Shown here: piece by piece, positions 43,401 through 50,615 of the stretch
Layout of the letters: the number at the start of each line of letters is the position of its first letter
Position numbering within the stretch: the stretch's first letter is position 1
Assembly: GCA_026394195.1 (NCBI GenBank)
Contig: JAPKYS010000054.1
Span: 20,583-84,582 of the forward strand
Reading direction: 5' to 3'
DNA length: 64,000 nucleotides
DNA from: a bacterium
Lineage (GTDB): Bacteria > Electryoneota > B3-LCP
Position numbers and translations under genes: made by a program
Notes under the pieces: generated by a model
Database searches by the model: none
Told to the model about the DNA's origin: nothing
What the model saw: the letters and a program-made list of their open reading frames with translations, nothing else

Positions 43401-45469
43401 GGCAGCGCCAGCAGAAGATCTTTGATCGCCTGCGGATTATAGATTCCGTCCGAGAAGCTGTTGAAGACCTGGTCGATGAACACCAATTCCGTGCGTCCCA
43501 ATCCAGCCTGGCGGCGCTGCACCAACCCATCCAGAGCGGCGTCGTTCTCGAAATCCCGGTGAGCTACGATCAGCATCTTGATGGGGGGCCCCAATGACAA
43601 CTCCGCCAAAAGATCGTTGCCCTCGACCACCTGTGCTGAGTCGGGCTGCAATTTGGCGGAAGGCGTCAAGGCAACGTATTCCGGATCGCCATAGGGTCGA
43701 TCCTGAAAATGGACCTGATAGAATGTCGTATTATTGGCTCGGTAGGGGATGACCGAACCATTGATCACCTTGGACTGGCCCAGTTTGTAGATGCTGATAT
43801 CCGGCGAGGTAAAACCATCGACCCGGTAGTCGACCAGCGTGTCCGCCGCCGTTTCAGGAGACTTGAAGCGAATTTGATCATTGTAAGCCTTGTACAACCG
43901 CTGATAGGTCACTTCAAACCAGTTCAGCAGGAAGGTATCGTTGGGACCTGCGGGTGTATCTACAGGACAGAATATCGAGAGATTGTTATTGCCGTGGTGG
44001 ACGTCTCCAGGACCTATCCCCTCTTCGGAATAGAGGACCACGCCGGTTTGCCCCACCCACCAGGATGCTCCGGATGAACCTGCTTCCAGAGCCGCAGAGG
44101 TCTGGTCGTTCAGGATGACGTAGCCGTGATGCTGCCCTCCCAACCCGAAGATATCCGGATAGGTCAACCCCTGCAAAGCCACCTTGACCCGCACGTCGAT
44201 CAGAGCGTTCACATCGGGGTAGGGCAGGAAGCAGTTGTAAAGTTTGGTCTGTGACGCCGAAACGCCACCGTCCCAATACCAGTGCTCCTTCAGCGAATCC
44301 GGTCCGACCTGCGAGAGCCGGTTGAAGTACTGGTTCAGCTCGAAGTGTTCCCAATAGGGGTAGGAAAGCGCCCGGTACATTTTCAGAGGATCGACCTCGA
44401 CAATCTCACCGGTTTCTTCCACCAATCGGCTCCCCAGATTCCCTCCCCAGGACAGCCAGTAAACGTTGATGTCCGTGTAAAGATCGCTCCAGATCTGAGG
44501 ATTCTCTGTGGAAGAGGTCCCATGCAGCTTGTCGCCCCAGAATTCGACATAATCTCCTTCGTCGAAGCGGCCGTCTGCTTCTCCGGCGACGTAGATGGAC
44601 AGTTCCTGACCTTTGTTTTCCAACCGGATGGTGCGAGGATCGACTCCGGACAAATTGACACCGTAAGCAGACAAATCATCTGAACTCAGGTGATACAAGC
44701 CTCGGGTGGAAACGTAGATTTTGAGTTGGGTGCCGGTGAACTGGCTGGCGATGGCGGACTGCGAAGCACCACGGGTACGGCTTACCGGCAGGTGCAAAGC
44801 TCCGCTTAGCGATGCAACGGTGCCGGGAAGCAGGCTTTGAGTCGTGCCGCCTCCCGGTTGTACGGGGTATTCGATGCGAAATTTAATCGAGGTCAGATAG
44901 GTCAGCGACTTGGTGCGGGCGTCGAATCGAACCGGCGAGAATTGCAGCGTCGACAGTGGGACGCCGCGATGTTTTCCCAGCGGCGTCAGATCCGCCCAGC
45001 GGTCAGAACGAACCGGGGCGGCAGGCGCATTGGTTCGGCGGCCCGGAACGGTTTTCGCTGTTACGGCCGGTTTTGCCGCATCGGATTCGGTCAGCACTTC
45101 GTCCACCGGAGCGCGCTGGAGATCGGCATCGACCGGGAGCAGAGCCGTCCTCGCGTCTAAGATCTTCAGCGAGAGCGTGCGCGCCTCTCCCGGCAGCACC
45201 ATCTGGTAGACGGGCAGCAGGCGTTGATCGCTTCCGGCGACCAGAGGCAGTCTGCCCATCTGCACCTTGATGCCCGACGAACTGCTCAGGCATTCCGGTT
45301 TCGGGAAGATGATCTGCGCCTCGATAACGCCGGGCGATTCCTTGATGACCTTCAACACGGGATCTGAAGTCACAACCGCTTCGGGAAGGCTGTTCCCGAC
45401 CAACTTGGCGACGGCGTAACTGATCAACAATCCCGGTATGACGATGTAAAGCGCTTTCCGGAGGGTCAC
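40439..45469 (-). CDS. porU: PorU-like large C25-family protein (putative T9SS sortase) with FlgD-like CTD
   Basis: YVSTRGLY, DYVEFWG, YTDINVYWL, LLLVGDGSYD, SDFWY..PDVAVGRI, catalytic YNGHG and NFTC, NLLGDP, and C-terminal YPNPF..WDG..NGVYFY. Start placed at GTG 45469; the ORF-track TTG at 45553 coincides with a -35-like TTGCAA. Confidence 0.82.
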   Translation of the reverse strand: MTLRKALYIVIPGLLISYAVAKLVGNSLPEAVVTSDPVLKVIKESPGVIEAQIIFPKPECLSSSSGIKVQMGRLPLVAGSDQRLLPVYQMVLPGEARTLSLKILDARTALLPVDADLQRAPVDEVLTESDAAKPAVTAKTVPGRRTNAPAAPVRSDRWADLTPLGKHRGVPLSTLQFSPVRFDARTKSLTYLTSIKFRIEYPVQPGGGTTQSLLPGTVASLSGALHLPVSRTRGASQSAIASQFTGTQLKIYVSTRGLYHLSSDDLSAYGVNLSGVDPRTIRLENKGQELSIYVAGEADGRFDEGDYVEFWGDKLHGTSSTENPQIWSDLYTDINVYWLSWGGNLGSRLVEETGEIVEVDPLKMYRALSYPYWEHFELNQYFNRLSQVGPDSLKEHWYWDGGVSASQTKLYNCFLPYPDVNALIDVRVKVALQGLTYPDIFGLGGQHHGYVILNDQTSAALEAGSSGASWWVGQTGVVLYSEEGIGPGDVHHGNNNLSIFCPVDTPAGPNDTFLLNWFEVTYQRLYKAYNDQIRFKSPETAADTLVDYRVDGFTSPDISIYKLGQSKVINGSVIPYRANNTTFYQVHFQDRPYGDPEYVALTPSAKLQPDSAQVVEGNDLLAELSLGPPIKMLIVAHRDFENDAALDGLVQRRQAGLGRTELVFIDQVFNSFSDGIYNPQAIKDLLLALPEPPEFLLLVGDGSYDTRNIFGNGGNLMPAHYIQTKAYGSVASDFWYGLLDDDLIPDVAVGRISARDTEELDNYLAKLEEYDTNPSPGAWRNTHLFVSGTGGIENYTFLSVSQAVIDQLDDDVLPERLATDPTTNPFYGATTDLIDLLDQGALAVDYNGHGAGAVWSDNSLFRIDNLPQLTNFGKYPFVTNFTCFIGAFDALQDASTLGEEFIFVPQRGAIAVLGSTGLGWFLNGSYLQETLVGLIYDDQNLSLGQVVNAAKIAFYSYWGQQGQSVEAFDTIHLMNLLGDPSVKLAYSTRYSNPVQYSPQFSSSGDTITILVPGNYSGYQGMLRVYDSNNYPALQFGPLGGPPYETPLIPYADGLRAVFPLPALGDSSFLSGGSYRLSFWDAIGSTTYRGVAPLYLLDAYSDGSVIDSLSTDPEPVYARDTFTLKARILDAQGIASARMHYIIETNQGIPIVPHDSLPMSPAVNPPWYHTTTPMDSATYHYAPTDRIVAWVVVEDSSGNLTTSEDKNFPFLDSRANPVWVDSSLTMGMRENQAALIVQVKNLGQTTIDSLDVRFYLHDAALVPLGTAIIRNLPFNQTQEAYVISTLNPGWHNLEISINESGWGSFDSTALYQQQLLIDHFSISPSTGTADTLTLGDSFRLFIPPGGVSGQGVMIYRMRDDLSIPTMQNGLFFAMPDSNGSPSGLGFEVDLLGSIQIVGDSMKLSVDQQVQNDTLTDNSETYIHLQNGEQPFWQCLNSVVDTLSFTPPVKYRYSVSTHSTGLFTILQNGDHQGPKIELSVEGQIYTEGGYVPMQPKISALVQDVGGVNVKTSTYWISVDGVAVDTNLVSVGIENSGQVFNLSINPTFATGNHTVSVVAHDLAGNTGSASIQFTVVGQFKLDFIGNYPNPFNDKTYFSYRLTEQTTEPVRIRIYTVSGRLIRTLYSNSAQEINYGEIYWDGLDEDGSTIANGVYFYKIMARRGDTKIEKTMKMAKLRKG

Positions 45470-45627
45470 TTTTACGTTTAGAATTTGGGACCTTAGGTGG
45501 GATTTTGTGCTCAATTGCCTGATTAAATTAACCAAGTGGCAGCACAATTGCAAGGCAAATTATCAGAATTTAGACCTCAGTTTGTAAGATGGTGGAAGAA
45601 GAGTAGAGGTTTTTTTTAAATTCGTCA

Positions 45628-45876
45628 TTCTTCAATCTTCAATCTTCAATCTCCAATTCGCAGCTGGGTGCCCCACAGCTCTGCTGTGGGTTGCTATGCT
45701 GGAGAAAACCGTAGTCGAGGTCGTCTGGCTTGCCATCCCTTCGGGGCCTGACCCCGACGGGAGTCAGTCATTCCGGCAAGCGAAGCGCGTCCGGAATCAC
45801 CTTGCCGTTACCGCCAACCTCGCCCCGCCCTGAAGGATGCGCCTTTTTTCTCGTGACTCGTGACACGTGACTCGTG
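45628..45876. repeat. Repeat stack
   Basis: CTTCAAT heptamers, CCCACAGC..GCTGTGGG, GTAGTCGAGGTC..GACCCCGAC with nested inserts, a GTCATTCCGG element, CCTCGCCCCGCCCTGAAG (also at 522), and TCGTGAC heptamers. Confidence 0.85.
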
Positions 45877-45877
45877 G

Positions 45878-46057
45878 CTATTTTAAAATAACCACCTTCC
45901 CCGTCACCCGTTGCTGACCGGCGTCGAGGCGGATCAGATACACCCCCCAGTGCGCCCCTACAGCCCTCCCCTCCACATCGAACAATTCCACCCGCACCAA
46001 GCCCGCTCCCGGCAGCGTAAACCGCACCACCGCTCCGGCATTGGACGGGTTGGGGAA
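45878..46057 (-). pseudogene. Orphan T9SS-like C-terminal sorting-domain remnant
   Basis: Hand translation: FPNPSNAGAVVRFTLPGAGLVRVELFDVEGRAVGAHWGVYLIRLDAGQQRVTGKVVILK*. No start codon, and an internal deletion relative to the intact CTDs. Confidence 0.8.
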
Positions 46058-46116
46058 GAAAAAAGGCAGCAGAGAGCCGCCTTTAAGATTATTGAACCCG
46101 TCAAAGGAGCGTAGGA

Positions 46117-46971
46117 TTAGTCTGCCTTAGGGAACCATAGCATAGTAGCTCCAATGTGCTTATAAATAAATGACGAAAAGAATCTCTGCTTCACCCAAGG
46201 GCGAAGTGAATCAGGAATCGGTCCAAAATTTGCTTCTGTTACTTTGTTAAGGTCAAAACTCCAAATCTCATCGTTTCCGCCAATCTCTTTGAGGGCGCGA
46301 AGAAGATTTTTATTTGAATCCGCAAGAGAAGTCATGGGATATTCAGCCAGTTTATTTTTCAAAGAAGTGAAATTATCCTTGCTTATCTGCTCCTCTTCAC
46401 TATGCAAGAGGAAATACTCAGAATCCTCAGTAAAGGTAACAGATTTATGCCGTCCCGTAATCTTTTTGACGTCAAGGTGGGGGACCATGTCTAAAAGCCT
46501 ACCCTCCTGCCATGCAAGGTATAGATGTTGTTTCTGTAGAGTAGAGTTGGTAGCGTAAAATGTCGGGTAATTTTTATCTGCAAGGCCCTTTAAACGGTCC
46601 CATTGATGATAATCATCCACATATTCTTTAGCAGCATTTCGGGTAATGAAGGGAATCTTGAAACGATAAAATTCTTTACCCCAATGCTTCCACTCACTTG
46701 CCTTATCCGTAGTTAAAAGCCCAGAAAGCTTATACTGAAGGAAAAAGTTGCAACCTTCAGGATCAACGAGTTCAGTAGAGGGGAGCCAATCAAAATAGAA
46801 AGCAGTATCCCATCCAAGATTGAATTCAGCCCTCAGAGAAGGAACAATTGGAAGAATCCACACTCCTCTCTGTTTAACTATGTACCGAGTATATGCAGTA
46901 TTTACTGCTTGTTGAAGTTGAGATTCTGAGAAATCCGGTTCGCGCATAGAGTTCCTAATTCCATATCCCAT
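46117..46971 (-). CDS. Hypothetical protein, possible PD-(D/E)xK-like nuclease
   Basis: AT-rich ORF with an FSE...E..LGWD...FFLQYK pattern. Confidence 0.7.
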   Translation of the reverse strand: MGYGIRNSMREPDFSESQLQQAVNTAYTRYIVKQRGVWILPIVPSLRAEFNLGWDTAFYFDWLPSTELVDPEGCNFFLQYKLSGLLTTDKASEWKHWGKEFYRFKIPFITRNAAKEYVDDYHQWDRLKGLADKNYPTFYATNSTLQKQHLYLAWQEGRLLDMVPHLDVKKITGRHKSVTFTEDSEYFLLHSEEEQISKDNFTSLKNKLAEYPMTSLADSNKNLLRALKEIGGNDEIWSFDLNKVTEANFGPIPDSLRPWVKQRFFSSFIYKHIGATMLWFPKAD

Positions 46972-47504
46972 TAATTTGTTTCAATATCGTAATCTCCCTT
47001 CTTAGGATTAAAAAGAAATTTAACCTCTTGGGGGTAATCCTTCGCTGCAATTAAAAAAATTCGACGAATTTCTGCTATTGGTATTCGCCATATACAGTCA
47101 TTGCGATCATAATCTGAAACCACAAAAACGTCGCTCCAATTTCTACTCGCATCTCTAACTACAATGCTTGTGTACGCATGAATGAATTGGTTGGCAATAT
47201 ATCCAGGCTTTTTGATCTCGAGAATCTCTTGGTCCAAATTATAAAGCTCCCATATTTTGTGTCCATTTAGTTGAGTCACATTTTTGCCATGCGCCTGACA
47301 TGAGAACACGTTTAGCAGGTGTTCGCGAGTAGCTGTTGAGACTAGGCATAACTCAACCATTCTACGCACTATAAAGAAGCCTATCATAATATCTCGTTCG
47401 ATGATGCACTCAGCTCTATGGCTCCAGCGAGGTGGTTTAGGAACTCGGCGAAGGCTCCACGCAATGCGTTTAAGTTCTTCTTTCCAGTAACAGGACTCAA
47501 TCAT
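46971..47504 (-). CDS. Hypothetical protein
   Basis: 177-aa AT-rich ORF with a TAATG overlap to the downstream gene; NQFIHAY motif. Confidence 0.75.
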   Translation of the reverse strand: MIESCYWKEELKRIAWSLRRVPKPPRWSHRAECIIERDIMIGFFIVRRMVELCLVSTATREHLLNVFSCQAHGKNVTQLNGHKIWELYNLDQEILEIKKPGYIANQFIHAYTSIVVRDASRNWSDVFVVSDYDRNDCIWRIPIAEIRRIFLIAAKDYPQEVKFLFNPKKGDYDIETN

Positions 47505-47656
47505 TAATCAACTACAGTTTAGAGATGATTAGATTAGCTTACCGTCAGATTCGATCTGGTGGTTCGATTTTTTAGCACGTCGTTAATACTATCAACCAGA
47601 GGTACCCGTCTCAGAGCTGAAGAGCCATTAAGGGATGATTATGTCCTGATGAAATT

Positions 47657-47866
47657 CTATGATTCTGTTAGGATAGCATCTAGTCCATTCCCATGTGTCG
47701 CCTTGTGGCATTGGCGATAAAGAGTGAGCCAATATTTTCGATCTTTTCTCTGGGCTTCGCTAGCCTCATAGAGGGCAATTCTATCCATGAGATCAAATGC
47801 AACCGCTTCCTTCGTTGATTGTTCAACCTTTACTGCGCCGGAAATTGACCTAGATGAGTCGGACAT
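47657..47866 (-). CDS. Small hypothetical protein
   Basis: 69 aa with a strong GAGGAG RBS. Confidence 0.7.
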   Translation of the reverse strand: MSDSSRSISGAVKVEQSTKEAVAFDLMDRIALYEASEAQRKDRKYWLTLYRQCHKATHGNGLDAILTES

Positions 47867-47964
47867 TGATCTTTCTCCTCATTCATTATTAAGGTGGTAA
47901 AATTAGGCTATTGTAGTTCTTTTTTATAGCTAACTATATTTATTCTTGTCTATTCCTATTTCAC

Positions 47965-47993
47965 AATATAACGAAATCTCCTCCCATAATCAA
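47965..47993 (-). promoter_or_regulatory. sigma70-type promoter driving the AT-rich island
   Basis: TTGATT (47993-47988), 17-nt spacer, TATATT (47970-47965). The spacer GGAGATTTCGT is shared with the promoter at 643-671. Confidence 0.7.
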
Positions 47994-48085
47994 GTAATTT
48001 CTGCCATCTTTTTCTGCAAATCAGAACCCGCTTCAGAATTTGCGGGAGTGATTATTTAGGGCGGTATCCCCACCTTTTCTGGGCA

Positions 48086-48305
48086 GTCACGGACCATTCC
48101 GTGACTGCGTTCAAGATGGCATGGAATGGTCCATGCCACCCCAGATAAAACGAAGCAATCCGGTCGACCTGGGTACGGGATTGCTTCGCTACGCTCGCAA
48201 TGACTGCTTTTTTCAGTCGTTTCAACGACTTGACGTCAACGAGCACCCGATTTCAATCGGGTGTTAAGCAGCGGAACAGCCACCAACCCTGCCTCCGGAG
48301 CAGGC
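48086..48305. repeat. Repeat stack upstream of moxR
   Basis: GTCACGG..CCGTGAC, TGGCATGG..CCATGCCA, CGAAGCAATC..GATTGCTTCGCTACGCTCGCAATGAC, AGTCGTTTCAACGACT, CACCCGATTTCAATCGGGTG and CCTGCCTCCGGAGCAGG. Confidence 0.85.
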
Positions 48306-48452
48306 ACTTGCTTCCATCTCGCTGAATTTTAGCCGGAACTTTTCGCACCATCTCTCGTTATGCTACTTGAGCCTCGCCAGAGGCTCCGACTTCCTATGAA
48401 ATAGACACAAATCATTGAAATTCAAGATTATACGTTGAGCGGAGGTTCTCCC

Positions 48453-49457
48453 GTGGCCATTACTCCCAGCTCCAAAGTCATCCAGGAAATCACTCGCCAG
48501 ATTGAAGAGCAATCGGCGTTTGTGGATGATCTGGTCGGACAGATACAGAACGAAATCGTCGGCCAGAAAAAGATGGTCGAACGGCTGCTGATCGGTCTTT
48601 TGGCAGACGGTCATATCCTGTTAGAAGGCGTCCCCGGTCTGGCGAAAACCATGGCGGCGAAGTCGCTGGCTATGGCGATCCAGGCGCGCTTTCAGCGCAT
48701 CCAGTTCACCCCCGACCTGCTCCCCGCCGACCTGATCGGCACCCTGATCTACAGCCAGAAGAGCGGCGATTTCACCGTCAAGCGCGGACCGATCTTCGCC
48801 AATTTCATCCTGGCGGATGAAATCAACCGCGCCCCCGCCAAGGTGCAGTCGGCGCTGCTGGAAGCCATGCAGGAACGTCAGGTGACCATCGGCGAACAGA
48901 CCTATCCGCTGGAAGCCCCCTTCCTGGTCTTAGCCACGCAGAACCCGATCGAACAGGAAGGAACCTACCCCCTGCCCGAAGCTCAGGTGGACCGCTTCAT
49001 GCTGAAAGTCCTGATCGATTATCCTCCCCGGGAAGAAGAGCGGGAAATCTTAAGACGCCATGCGGTCGCGCACCCCCTGAATATCAAACCGGTGATCTCG
49101 ACTCAGCAGATTTTGGAAGGCCGCCGCGCCGCCGCCATGATCTACGCCGACGAAAAGATCGAAAATTACATCTTGGACATCGTCTTCGCCACCCGCCAGC
49201 CGGAACAGTTCGGTCTGGCGAAATTGAAGAATTACATCTCCTACGGAGCTTCCCCCCGAGCCACCCTCTACCTGATGAACGCGGCAAAATGCCACGCCTT
49301 CCTGCGCCACCGCGGCTTCGTCATCCCCGACGACATCAAGGAGATCGGCCCGGACGTGCTGCGCCACCGCGTCACCGTCACCTACGAAGCCGAAGCCGAA
49401 GAGGTCACCCCTGAACAGGTGATTCAGGAGATTTTCAACAAAATCGAGGTACCGTAG
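48453..49457 (+). CDS. moxR: MoxR-family AAA+ ATPase
   Basis: GTG after GGAGG; LLEGVPGLAKT, RIQFTPDLLPAD, ADEINRAPAKVQSALLEAM, ATQNPIEQEGTYPLPEAQ.DRF. Confidence 0.96.
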   Translation: MAITPSSKVIQEITRQIEEQSAFVDDLVGQIQNEIVGQKKMVERLLIGLLADGHILLEGVPGLAKTMAAKSLAMAIQARFQRIQFTPDLLPADLIGTLIYSQKSGDFTVKRGPIFANFILADEINRAPAKVQSALLEAMQERQVTIGEQTYPLEAPFLVLATQNPIEQEGTYPLPEAQVDRFMLKVLIDYPPREEEREILRRHAVAHPLNIKPVISTQQILEGRRAAAMIYADEKIENYILDIVFATRQPEQFGLAKLKNYISYGASPRATLYLMNAAKCHAFLRHRGFVIPDDIKEIGPDVLRHRVTVTYEAEAEEVTPEQVIQEIFNKIEVP

Positions 49458-49458
49458 G

Positions 49459-49700
49459 AAGTAACCAGGTATACAAGTGAACAAGTAACCAGGTAAAATG
49501 TTGACGGCTCTTGACACCAAGTCGTTGAAACGACTAAAAAAAACGTGTCATTCCGGCGAAGTCCGGAATCTGACACGTATCGCATGACATTGTTATCATT
49601 GGTTTTAACCAATTGATTTAAACGAGCACCCGTCCGCCTCAGGCGGATCATTCGGGTGTGACCAAAGGCAACATAGTCGGGGTCGCCCCTGACCCCGACG
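49459..49700. repeat. Repeat stack inside the moxR-DUF58 operon
   Basis: Octamer run, AGTCGTTGAAACGACT, a GTCATTCCGG element, CACCCG[TCCGCCTCAGGCGGA]..CGGGTG, and CATAGTCGGGGTCGCCCCTGACCCCGACG. Confidence 0.88.
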
Positions 49701-49739
49701 GAGGGTAGCGCGGCAGCATGTGGCCGCAGGTAACCCAAG

Positions 49740-50615
49740 ATGGAAACTCGTGACATATTAAAAAAAGTCCGCCAGATCGAGATTAAAACCCGGGGCATCG
49801 TCGAAGAGATCTTCTCGGGGGAATATCACTCGGTCTTCAAAGGGCGGGGCATCGAATTCGCCGAAGTGCGCGAATACATTCCCGGCGACGACATTCGCGC
49901 CGTGGACTGGAACGTCACCGCTCGCATGGGGCAGCCGTTCGTCAAGCTGTTCGAAGAGGAGCGCGAACTGACTCTGATGCTGCTCTGCGACTTCTCTTCG
50001 TCGGGCTATTTCGGCACGCAGAAGCAGTTGAAAATCGAAATCGCCATCGAGGTGGCGGCGCTGTTAGCCTTTTCCGCCATTAAGAATCACGATAAAGTCG
50101 GACTCTTGCTTTTCACCGATTCCATCGAAAAATACGTCCCCCCCAAAAAGGGCAAGACTCACGTCCTGCGCATCCTGCGGGAATTGATCTCGTTCCAGCC
50201 GGAACGAGCCGGGACTAACATCAAGGAAGCCTTAAGCTACTTCAGCCGCTTGCAATCGCGCCGCTGCATCGTCTTCTTGATCAGCGATTTCTGGGATGAC
50301 GGCTATCAGGACGCCTTACGGCTGGTCGGCAAAAAGCATGACCTGATCGCCCTGACCTTGCGCGATCCCCGCGAAGAGACCATCCCGCCGGTGGGATTGA
50401 TCAAACTGCAGGACGCCGAAACCGGTCAGGAATTCTGGCTGGACAGCTTCGACGACAAAGCCCGAAAACAGATCCAAAATTTAGTCGCCGAAAAGCGGCG
50501 CAACCTGAAGACGCTGCTGCGCTCCGCGGGCGTTGATCAGATCGAATTATCCACGCCGGAAGACTATATTATCCCACTGAACCGCTTCTTCCGCATGAGG
50601 GCGAAACGGCGATGA
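49740..50615 (+). CDS. DUF58 domain protein
   Basis: GEYHSVFKGRGIEFAEVREY.PGDDIR..DWNVTAR, FEEERE, FLISDF. Confidence 0.95.
   Translation: METRDILKKVRQIEIKTRGIVEEIFSGEYHSVFKGRGIEFAEVREYIPGDDIRAVDWNVTARMGQPFVKLFEEERELTLMLLCDFSSSGYFGTQKQLKIEIAIEVAALLAFSAIKNHDKVGLLLFTDSIEKYVPPKKGKTHVLRILRELISFQPERAGTNIKEALSYFSRLQSRRCIVFLISDFWDDGYQDALRLVGKKHDLIALTLRDPREETIPPVGLIKLQDAETGQEFWLDSFDDKARKQIQNLVAEKRRNLKTLLRSAGVDQIELSTPEDYIIPLNRFFRMRAKRR

Noticed and set aside
47505-47960. Integron attC sites between island genes
   Set aside because: No convincing RYYYAAC...GTTRRRY imperfect hairpin was found by eye.
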